A DNA stretch of 64,000 nt from positions 1,628 to 65,627 of the forward strand of contig CAZREA010000004.1 in the NCBI GenBank assembly GCA_964599455.1, given 5' to 3'. A model generated the notes under the pieces. The model ran no database searches. It was not told the origin of the DNA and saw nothing but the letters and a program-made list of their open reading frames with translations. Source of the stretch: an uncultured Gammaproteobacteria bacterium. Its GTDB lineage: Bacteria > Patescibacteriota > Patescibacteriia > UBA9934. Each line of letters starts with the position of its first letter. The stretch's first letter is position 1. The translations under genes and the position numbers were made by a program. Shown here piece after piece: positions 9,450-17,549 of the stretch.

Positions 9450-10286
9450 TTATTCCCCCCATTTTTCTACGAATCGTGTGAAGTTTTCCGCAATGCGATC
9501 AACGGCTTCATCTTCACTCATTGTACCTTGAACAATTTGTGCGATGGCGTCGGCAAAAATCGTTCGTCCAATGGCAAAACCGTCGACTACGCCACTGTCT
9601 CTGGCGATTTCGACATGTTGTGTCACGATTTTTTCATCTTCGCCACGTCCAAGAACGATGAGTTTTGCTGCTCTGGCGGCCTTTTTTACTTGTCCCCAGT
9701 CTTCCGCAGAGGGAAGACCTTCAAGTTTCCAAATAGCGGGATGAATGCCTGCTTCTCGAAGTGTGTTGATGGTTTTTGTGATGTGATTTGCTCGATCTTT
9801 GAAGGGAACGGAGAAAAGAAGTTCAAGCATCAGTGGAATATCGGCAGTGTCGAGTTGTGCTTGTAGCGATGCGAGTGTATCGATTTGTTCATCATCGATC
9901 TCGGGCGCATGCTCCCAGCGAACTAAGACCTTCGCACACGAAGCCCCGAGCAACCGCAACTGGGTTGCAGTTTCCTGACCATACAATAACGACAATGACG
10001 ATCCACCGCTCTTTTCCGTTGAAACCGCCGTAAATATTTTTTCTTCCCCTGCCTCTAAAAGAACTTCTCTCCCTGTTTCCTCATCAAGCAAAATACCAAA
10101 TGTTTCTTCATCAGACGACGCTTCGCGAACCCGCAAAAACGCTTGATAAATCAATCTTTTTAAATGACCTGCCTGTTGGCGATCCTGTTTGGAAAAGGGA
10201 TAGCTGACATGCATGATGTCTTTGGCAAATCCAGTGCGATGATCGAAGGGAAGAATGAAGAGGGGCATAGAGGGAGGGGGAGTCAT
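9450..10286 (-). CDS. aldolase-like TIM-barrel protein (DUF2090/LacD-like)
   Basis: N-term 'FILPFDHRTGF' resembles LacD/DUF2090 starts; sits beside the PfkB kinase like split IolC-type fusions. Confidence 0.5.
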   Translation of the reverse strand: MTPPPSMPLFILPFDHRTGFAKDIMHVSYPFSKQDRQQAGHLKRLIYQAFLRVREASSDEETFGILLDEETGREVLLEAGEEKIFTAVSTEKSGGSSLSLLYGQETATQLRLLGASCAKVLVRWEHAPEIDDEQIDTLASLQAQLDTADIPLMLELLFSVPFKDRANHITKTINTLREAGIHPAIWKLEGLPSAEDWGQVKKAARAAKLIVLGRGEDEKIVTQHVEIARDSGVVDGFAIGRTIFADAIAQIVQGTMSEDEAVDRIAENFTRFVEKWGE

Positions 10287-10816
10287 TCAGAAAAATCACT
10301 GCCGCGATATTCGTAAAAGCTTAAACATCCTGATCGCTTATGTGTTTTGCGTGGTGGAAAATCAGCCGGAGGCCAACCTTCAAAAAGCACAATAGCATTT
10401 TTAGCAAACGTCGGGCCAAGGATATGCGCAATGCGATTATGCGGTTCGGCCATGATAAAGGAGATGATGACGTCGGCTTTGCTTAAATCCGCCTTATAGA
10501 AAGAACCAAATTGGAGACGAATATTCTTATATATGTTTCCGTGAAGCTGTTTACGCAAAAAAGCAATGAAGAGCGGGCCAAGTGAGAGTTCAATGCCTTG
10601 AAAAGTGGCGCGAGGATATTTTTTGGCAAGCGCAAAGAGAATAGAGCCTGTTCCGCAGCCAATATCAACGACATGTTTGCCGGAAAGATCAGGAAGAATT
10701 TCGAGAATATGCTGAATTTCTCCTTTTCGCGTGGGAACCCATGGCGCGCCTTTCCACGCCGCCAGGCAAGCGGTGCCGAGGATGAGGAAAAGAAAAAGAT
10801 ACAGTGCAATCATCAT
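10283..10816 (-). CDS. class I SAM-dependent methyltransferase with N-terminal TM helix
   Basis: 'VVDIGCGTGS' motif I. Confidence 0.65.
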   Translation of the reverse strand: MMIALYLFLFLILGTACLAAWKGAPWVPTRKGEIQHILEILPDLSGKHVVDIGCGTGSILFALAKKYPRATFQGIELSLGPLFIAFLRKQLHGNIYKNIRLQFGSFYKADLSKADVIISFIMAEPHNRIAHILGPTFAKNAIVLFEGWPPADFPPRKTHKRSGCLSFYEYRGSDFSE

Positions 10817-11514
10817 ATTTTACCGGTTGCTTCGAGCAGTTCCCGTTCTTCCTCTTCGGTAAGATGACGCCATTCACCGACGTGCAAATTGCCAAGCTTA
10901 ATATGCATAATGCGATCACGTCGCAAGGACACGACGTCGTAACCGACCGCTTCACACATACGACGAATTTGCCGATTGCGCCCCTCGATGATTGTAATCG
11001 CAAAACTATTCACACTTGTTTGCACCACTCGTGCTGGCAGCGTTTTACGTCCATCAAGCATAATGCCGCCACGCATCCGCTCGAGTGCGTTCTGATCAAT
11101 TTCACGATCAACAATCACCGCATATTCTTTTTCGTGCTTTTCTTCGGCACGCAAAATACGATTGACGATGTCGCCATCATTGGTCAAAAGAATGAGTCCT
11201 GACGAAGCAACGTCGAGTCTGCCAATATGGAAAAGTCGATCTGGATAACCAATCGCATCAATGATGTTGTCATTGGCCTTGGGATCACTCGTGCAAATAA
11301 TGCCCACCGGTTTGTAATAGGCAATATAGACGCGGGTGGTGACGGGTACGACTTTTTTTCCTCGAACGCGAATATCTTCGCTACCTTCAACTTTTTGTCC
11401 AAGTATTGCTTGCTGGTTATTGATGGTAATTGCACCTTGTTCGATTAAGCGATCTGCTTCGCGTCGCGAACAGACACCGGCATCAACCAAAAATTTATTG
11501 AGACGAATGGGCAT
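10813..11514 (-). CDS. rRNA pseudouridine synthase (RsuA/RluB family)
   Basis: S4 domain 'LNKFLVDAGVCSRREA' and catalytic 'GRLD'. Confidence 0.8.
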   Translation of the reverse strand: MPIRLNKFLVDAGVCSRREADRLIEQGAITINNQQAILGQKVEGSEDIRVRGKKVVPVTTRVYIAYYKPVGIICTSDPKANDNIIDAIGYPDRLFHIGRLDVASSGLILLTNDGDIVNRILRAEEKHEKEYAVIVDREIDQNALERMRGGIMLDGRKTLPARVVQTSVNSFAITIIEGRNRQIRRMCEAVGYDVVSLRRDRIMHIKLGNLHVGEWRHLTEEEERELLEATGKI

Positions 11515-11536
11515 ACAGATAGGAGTATTGTAAACT

Positions 11537-11986
11537 ATGGATACTATTTGGCTACTCTATATGGATCAACAACCGCAAATGGGAAAAGTTCTCAAATTTG
11601 AAGCCCGAGCACGGCCTCCGCAAAATGCGGGGAGGGATAGTGGTCAAACGAGAGACCCGGAAAAGAACGATGTCGGAAATCTCTATGAATTTTCTCGGAT
11701 CGAGGCAGAAAAAAGAAGAGCGGATTTACAAAGAGAGGGCTTTTATCTCCAAAAAAGACAGCTTGCTTTGGTAAGAAAAGGTATTCTGACTGCTCAGAAA
11801 GAAACAGGACGAGTGCTTCAGCGGGCAACTATTGAAAATTGTCGTGAAGGTTTGGTGGATGTATCGGATGCTGATCTGTATAGAATAATTAACGGTGCAT
11901 CTTTGAATGATGTTGTTTTGCGTCCCGTTCGTTATCAGGCGTGTTTGGAAGTACTGGCAGAACGAGGTATTTTGCAAGCAAGATAG
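11537..11986 (+). CDS. hypothetical protein (149 aa)
   Basis: ORF only. Confidence 0.35.
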   Translation: MDTIWLLYMDQQPQMGKVLKFEARARPPQNAGRDSGQTRDPEKNDVGNLYEFSRIEAEKRRADLQREGFYLQKRQLALVRKGILTAQKETGRVLQRATIENCREGLVDVSDADLYRIINGASLNDVVLRPVRYQACLEVLAERGILQAR

Positions 11987-11989
11987 AAA

Positions 11990-12976
11990 TTATTTTTTGC
12001 GACGTAAAGCACGACGCGCAGCTTTTTCAATCCACGATGCAGTGAGTTTGTAATGTTCGAGCAGTTCTGCGGGCTTTCCTGACTGTCCAAAGACATCTTC
12101 GAGTCCCACGCGTTCGACAGGAACGGGATAGTGTTTTGTTACGATTTCCGCAATCGCACCACCAAGTCCGGCAACGGCCTGTGCTTCTTCAACCGTGACG
12201 ATGGCGCCACATGTTCGCGCTGCATCGATAATGACATACTCGTCGATGGGTTTAATGCTGACCATATTGATCACTCGTGCTTCGATGCCGTGTTTGCTGA
12301 GTGCTTCGGCGGCCTGAAGCGCTTCATAGACAAGCGGACCACAGGCAAGGATGGCAAGATCATTTCCTTTACGGAATGTTTCTGCTTTACCAATGGCAAA
12401 CGGCGTTTTTTCCGTGGTGAAGACAGGTGAAGCGTCGCGGGTAAAACGAATATAGACCGGCCCTGGGTGATTGATGGCTGCGATGGTGGCTTTGCGGGTT
12501 TCGATGGCGTCACAGGGCGCAAGCACGGTCATGTTTGGCAATACGCGCATCAGTGCGATGTCCTCGGTCATCTGATGTGTGGCACCATCCGGACCAACGG
12601 AGATTCCTGCATGCGCACCGGCGATTTTGACATCAATTTCTTGTAAACATATCGTCGTACGAATTTGTTCCCAATTTCGTCCAGGAGAAAAGGTCGCATA
12701 ACTGGCAATAACGGGAATTTTCCCCGCTAACGCAAGCCCAGCGGCGATAGCGGCGAGCGATTGTTCCGAAACGCCGAGTTGGACAAAGCGATCGGGAAAC
12801 GTTTTTTTAAAATCTTCCACTCGGGTGGACTCGCTCAAATCTGCGCATAACACGACCACGCGTTCATTTTCTTTTCCGGCAATGACAAGACCTTCACCAA
12901 AACCATTTCTGGTGGGAAGCATCGGTATATTCGCAGAGAAGAGTTTGCTAGAGAGATTGAGATAGGAAGAGGGCAT
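11990..12976 (-). CDS. tkt: transketolase, C-terminal subunit (split tkt)
   Basis: Pyrimidine-binding and C-terminal domains of transketolase; ~330 aa. Confidence 0.85.
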   Translation of the reverse strand: MPSSYLNLSSKLFSANIPMLPTRNGFGEGLVIAGKENERVVVLCADLSESTRVEDFKKTFPDRFVQLGVSEQSLAAIAAGLALAGKIPVIASYATFSPGRNWEQIRTTICLQEIDVKIAGAHAGISVGPDGATHQMTEDIALMRVLPNMTVLAPCDAIETRKATIAAINHPGPVYIRFTRDASPVFTTEKTPFAIGKAETFRKGNDLAILACGPLVYEALQAAEALSKHGIEARVINMVSIKPIDEYVIIDAARTCGAIVTVEEAQAVAGLGGAIAEIVTKHYPVPVERVGLEDVFGQSGKPAELLEHYKLTASWIEKAARRALRRKK

Positions 12977-12981
12977 ACGGT

Positions 12982-13320
12982 TTATCCGGAGTAGTGAGAC
13001 GATGCCTGAAGAAATCTGGCAAGAGCAAGCAGAAAAGAGAATAGTGAAAGAACGACGTATCGGTTTTTGAGAATCGTTCTTAGCTGAGCGTGTTTTTTAT
13101 ATGTGGTTATATATGCGCCTGTGCTCAATATCATCGCTATTGAGCAGAACAGAACAATGACGATTACGCCGCTCGTATCGACAAGCCGCGGATCATTTGT
13201 CCACGCATAGCGATTTATGGGGATCATGTAACTCAATAAGCTCATGGTCAATGAGGCGCAATTCAAGAGTATATTGAGTATCTTTTTCATCACATTTTGA
13301 TTAGTCGTTTTCACTGGCAA
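12982..13320 (-). CDS. small membrane protein between the transketolase halves (alternative start 'MKKIL')
   Basis: Two or three TM helices; TTG start in the track. Confidence 0.35.
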   Translation of the reverse strand: MPVKTTNQNVMKKILNILLNCASLTMSLLSYMIPINRYAWTNDPRLVDTSGVIVIVLFCSIAMILSTGAYITTYKKHAQLRTILKNRYVVLSLFSFLLALARFLQASSHYSG

Positions 13321-14155
13321 TTTGTCCTTGAAGCGTGCGTAGTTCTTTTAATGCTATCTTCAACTCATCCGGTTTTGGTGGCTTGCCGTGCCAGCGAAAG
13401 TCGTTTTCCATAAAGTCGATGCCTTTGCCGGGAATAGTGTGGGCAATGATAACCGTAGGCTTTTCGTGGGTTGCTTTTGCTTGTTCGCACGCGTCGATAA
13501 ACTCGCGGATATTGTGACCATTGATTTCCAAAACATTCCAATTGAACGCAGAGAATTTTTCATGAAGCGGTTCGAGTGGCATGATGTCTTCGGTGCGACC
13601 ATCAATCTGAATATTATTGCGATCAATAATCCAGGTAAGATTATCCAATCGATACTTTGCCGCAAATAATGCTGCTTCCCAAGTAATCCCTGCCGCCAGT
13701 TCTCCATCCGACATCACGCAATATACATGCCAATCAGCTTTATCCATTTTGCCGGCATAGGCGGTTCCTGCTGCTTGTGAGGAACCGTCGCCAAGTGGAC
13801 CAGACGTGTGTTCAAGCGCGGGCATGAAGTGATATTCCGGATGGCCTTGGAGCGGCGAGCCGAATTTTCGCAATGTCGCAAGGTTTTCTTTAGGAAAATA
13901 GCCGGCATGGGCCATGGCTACATAGCGGATTGGGACAATGTGCCCATTGCTTAAAAAGAGTCGATCGCGTGCTTCCCAGCGAATCTTTTTAGGATTATGA
14001 CGCAAAACATAAAAATAGAGTGCACTAAAAATATCAGCCATGCCCAACGGCCCAGCCGAGTGGCCGCTGCCAGCCGTGGTAAGCATGGTTAATACGTCCC
14101 GACGCAATTCGTTGGCCTTGAGTTCGAGTTCACGCATTTTTTTATCCGTAATCAT
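13301..14155 (-). CDS. tkt: transketolase, N-terminal subunit (TPP-binding)
   Basis: 'GSGHSAGPLG' and the TPP-binding region. Confidence 0.85.
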   Translation of the reverse strand: MITDKKMRELELKANELRRDVLTMLTTAGSGHSAGPLGMADIFSALYFYVLRHNPKKIRWEARDRLFLSNGHIVPIRYVAMAHAGYFPKENLATLRKFGSPLQGHPEYHFMPALEHTSGPLGDGSSQAAGTAYAGKMDKADWHVYCVMSDGELAAGITWEAALFAAKYRLDNLTWIIDRNNIQIDGRTEDIMPLEPLHEKFSAFNWNVLEINGHNIREFIDACEQAKATHEKPTVIIAHTIPGKGIDFMENDFRWHGKPPKPDELKIALKELRTLQGQIASEND

Positions 14156-14308
14156 AGTGCTGTAGAGACGGGGTGTCTTGTCCTGACGATAGGAAGGATG
14201 ACCCGTCTTTCAGGTGGTGCATGTGAGTGCACGTTCATCGTCCGTCAGTATACCAAAATAAAAATCGCCTCCCGATTGCTCGAGAGACGATTTTCTGAAG
14301 AAATATCC

Positions 14309-15157
14309 TTAGTTAATGACAACCTCGCAATCCTCAACATAAATCGCACCGGTGTTTACGCTGTCGTAGCCATCGTAGAAGCTATACGTTCCTTCTTCGC
14401 TAAAGCGCTTGACGAAATCATCACCTGCTTGGAGCGTACCGCTGCCCCAGGTGAGATCATCGGCAGTAACGGTGTGCTTGTCGTCACCATCGTTGGTGAA
14501 ACGAACCGTTTGATCAACGCAAATCGTAACGTCGATAGGATCGTAGCCGTCGTCAGCGATGCTGATATTTTCGGGTTCAATCAAACCTTTATCGTCATCG
14601 ATGGTGTAAGAAGTATCGGCTTGCGCGATTTCATCTTCAGCGATGCTTGCACTTACTTCGCGGTCAGTTAGGGTGTAGTTGGCGAAGAAGCCATCCGGAA
14701 CGTCATCAATATCTTTGTTCCAGTTGCTGCCGTAAAGCGTGGTTGCCATGGTTTCGGAAGCAACCCAGTAGAGTGCGCCATCCTGGCCAACGAAGTAGGT
14801 TTTTTCGTCAGAGTTGATTTTGATCATGCGGACACCCGGCTTGTAGGTGACGTTGCCACCGATTTGGATATCGGCCAAACTCGCATCGGAAATGGTGATG
14901 ACATCCGAGAAGTCGGGATTGCCACTTGAGTCCGAGTACCAGGTTTTGTAAGTCTTTTCGTTCGGAAACACATAGCGGAACCCATCGGCGCCCATATAGT
15001 ACACGGCCGAAAAGGTAGTGCCGCGAATAAGATCACCTGCAGAAACGGTTGTTGCTGCACGCGTGGTGGCGATTGAGGTGCCAAACATGCCGGCAATGAC
15101 CAAAGTCATGACCGCACTGGCAAAAAAAGAAGAGCGAAGAGAAGTCATAGAATACAA
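14309..15157 (-). CDS. secreted protein with C-terminal cupredoxin-like beta domain
   Basis: Signal peptide; C-term 'VRFTNDGDDKHTVT' cupredoxin-like pattern without a full copper-ligand set. Confidence 0.4.
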   Translation of the reverse strand: MYSMTSLRSSFFASAVMTLVIAGMFGTSIATTRAATTVSAGDLIRGTTFSAVYYMGADGFRYVFPNEKTYKTWYSDSSGNPDFSDVITISDASLADIQIGGNVTYKPGVRMIKINSDEKTYFVGQDGALYWVASETMATTLYGSNWNKDIDDVPDGFFANYTLTDREVSASIAEDEIAQADTSYTIDDDKGLIEPENISIADDGYDPIDVTICVDQTVRFTNDGDDKHTVTADDLTWGSGTLQAGDDFVKRFSEEGTYSFYDGYDSVNTGAIYVEDCEVVIN

Positions 15158-15162
15158 AAGAA

Positions 15163-15855
15163 TTATAGCACAACTTTGGCGGCATCAAGCAAGTCATCAT
15201 GTGCATCTTCGGGATGTGGGTGTTGCCACAGTGCTGCGCCGCAGACACAGCGGTTTGCACCTGTTTCCGCGAGCGATCCAATATTATCGCGCGTCACGCC
15301 GCCATCAAGTGCGATATCGAGATTGGGAAAGAGGACTCGGGTCCGACGAATTTTCGCTAAAATCGGCTCTCCAAGAAAAGCTTGGCCCGAGGCACCCGGA
15401 TGCACGCTCATGAGCAGGACCTCGTCGATATGTTTTTGATACTTTTCGAGATGTTCGATCGGTGTTTCGGGATTGAGCGCAACCGTCCGATCAAGCTTCA
15501 GGATTTCCACTTGCTCAAGAATTGTTCCGAGTGGTCGGGCAATTTCCTGATGCAGAATTACTCGCCGCAAGCTTGCTACATATTTATGCCAGGCAACAAC
15601 ATGAAGAAAGGGATTTTCAGACATTATGTGAATTTCGATTTCGGGTAAATCAGGCCACGATCCGATCATTTCCGGATCAGCCCAGCTGGTGGCGTTAAAC
15701 AGGGTTCCATCAAGAATATCAATATGGAATCGTAGATTCTTCCGATGAAGTCCTGGATGGAAAAGCTTTTCGCGGCATTCTTGTTCGTTTTTGGCGAGAA
15801 TGGATGGGGTGATAAGCATATGTTCTTTATGTTCCCAATTCGTCCATCTGTCCAA
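15163..15855 (-). CDS. rpe: ribulose-phosphate 3-epimerase
   Basis: 'MSVHPG..GQ.F' and 'DGGV' motifs; GGAGG SD before the track start. Confidence 0.8.
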   Translation of the reverse strand: MDRWTNWEHKEHMLITPSILAKNEQECREKLFHPGLHRKNLRFHIDILDGTLFNATSWADPEMIGSWPDLPEIEIHIMSENPFLHVVAWHKYVASLRRVILHQEIARPLGTILEQVEILKLDRTVALNPETPIEHLEKYQKHIDEVLLMSVHPGASGQAFLGEPILAKIRRTRVLFPNLDIALDGGVTRDNIGSLAETGANRCVCGAALWQHPHPEDAHDDLLDAAKVVL

Positions 15856-16273
15856 TCCTCCGTTTATGTCGTTCGGCTTCAGAAAACGGCGTTGTTAAAA
15901 AAGTTTCTACTAGCACAAACGGATCGTCATCGGTCGTGATGCGAGTCGGAATGCACAAAATATTCGCATCATCATCATTGCGCATCGCCTGTACTGCCTC
16001 TTGCGAAAACCCTACGCCCGCACGAATCCCGGAAAATTTATTGGCTGCCATGCACATGCCCTCAGCACTTCCACAAACAAGAATGCCCATGCTACCGGGA
16101 TGATTCTGTGCGGCATGTGCTACTCGTGCCGCATATTCTGGGTAATCGTCGTCAGGATCGTTTTGATACGCGCCAAGATCTTCAACGATCATATCTCGCA
16201 ACCGCAACGAATCTGCAATCGCATTTTTAAGTGTGCGACCGGCGTGGTCGGCACCGAGGAAGATGGTGGGCAT
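15827..16273 (-). CDS. rpiB: ribose-5-phosphate isomerase B
   Basis: 'LVCGSAEGMCMAANK' RpiB/LacAB signature. Confidence 0.85.
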   Translation of the reverse strand: MPTIFLGADHAGRTLKNAIADSLRLRDMIVEDLGAYQNDPDDDYPEYAARVAHAAQNHPGSMGILVCGSAEGMCMAANKFSGIRAGVGFSQEAVQAMRNDDDANILCIPTRITTDDDPFVLVETFLTTPFSEAERHKRRIGQMDELGT

Positions 16274-16440
16274 AGTACGAATATTACCTTTTCACTTAAA
16301 GCATATCATCACGCATTCGTTAAAAACATCGTATTAAAGGTATTTTGATATACTTTTTGAGGATGATGTATGTTATTAAGATTATTTTATAGAATCAGCC
16401 GAAGTTTGCATTTGCGTTAAAGAAGTAGAGATACGAGCCT

Positions 16441-17382
16441 ATGACCTTTATCTTGGCGGCAAATCTAAGCGATCGCATTTTACTAGCGACCGACACGGTG
16501 GTCACGCGCCTGTCGGCTGACGGATCCCGAGGCGTCGTCTGTTACTACCCTAAATTGCAGCACTTTTCTAACGGTAATAACACCCAATTCGTAAGTTTTC
16601 TATTTGCCGGAAACCTCGGGTACGCGCGTTTCCTCTCCCGCAAGATTTCCGGCGCATTAGATGAGGGTCGATTGCCATGCGATATAGTCGATCTACAGCG
16701 CGAAATTCCTAGCTTTATTACAGATTTTTCGACAGGATATCCTGATAAGAAAAAGGCGACCTTCATTGTCGCTGGCAGGACGTACGATGGCTCGCTTGAT
16801 TTAGTAGATTTTGGGCGATTTTCTGAAATTATCGGTCCATCCGCCGGACAGGTGACCGACCCAGTGATGGTCGCCGCTCTCCAGATGGCCTCGAAAATCG
16901 GGGGTCTCGAGAAATGGAACGGCAGAGTGCCCGTCATGTTGCCCAGACAAGCAATCTTCAGAGTGTCGATTGACGAGAATAAAAATGTTTTCGAAGTGAG
17001 CGACTTGCTGGGCAAGCATCAGATGATGACAGCGGGCACGCGTCTGCTGACGCGTGAGGAAGAAAATAAGCTCCTGCGCTTTTTCCTCGATAAACGTGCA
17101 ATCGAGGTAGAAGGAAAGGATCTGGTCAACTTCATGAGAAACCAGTTTTCTGACTCGATCGGAGGTGCTGTTATGCTCGGGTATATTGATGGACGAGAAG
17201 GCGTATCTCCACTACGTTACGTTGGTTACGAGCTCGACAGGAGTTCCGGAACCAACTCGGACAAAAACTGGTCATTCCGGATTACGGATGGGAAATTTAT
17301 TGCCGTCAGCCCCAATAACGAGGAGATCGATCTTCTTACAAGTCACTATGAAGAAGCGGCGGAGGGGGGTCTTGAGATTTAA
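16441..17382 (+). CDS. hypothetical protein (313 aa), possibly Ntn-hydrolase-like
   Basis: ORF only; N-term 'ILAANLSDRILLATDTVVT' loosely proteasome/HslV-like. Confidence 0.4.
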   Translation: MTFILAANLSDRILLATDTVVTRLSADGSRGVVCYYPKLQHFSNGNNTQFVSFLFAGNLGYARFLSRKISGALDEGRLPCDIVDLQREIPSFITDFSTGYPDKKKATFIVAGRTYDGSLDLVDFGRFSEIIGPSAGQVTDPVMVAALQMASKIGGLEKWNGRVPVMLPRQAIFRVSIDENKNVFEVSDLLGKHQMMTAGTRLLTREEENKLLRFFLDKRAIEVEGKDLVNFMRNQFSDSIGGAVMLGYIDGREGVSPLRYVGYELDRSSGTNSDKNWSFRITDGKFIAVSPNNEEIDLLTSHYEEAAEGGLEI

Positions 17383-17549
17383 CCCGAGTTTTACGTGTCT
17401 AACGATATCAACCCCTTTCTTACTCTTTATTGTTGGTTTTATTGATGAGGTAACACGCGTGGTCTACGAACGAAGCTGCGAGCGTCCCGAGTACCATCCC
17501 TTCATCTCCTCTTCACCCCTCCCACCCCTTCCTGTATGCTGTTCCTACT

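Noticed and set aside
17383-17549. T-box riboswitch leader upstream of ileS
   Set aside because: No T-box consensus (AATTAGGGTGGNACCGCG) or specifier-loop architecture was seen in the 165-nt leader.
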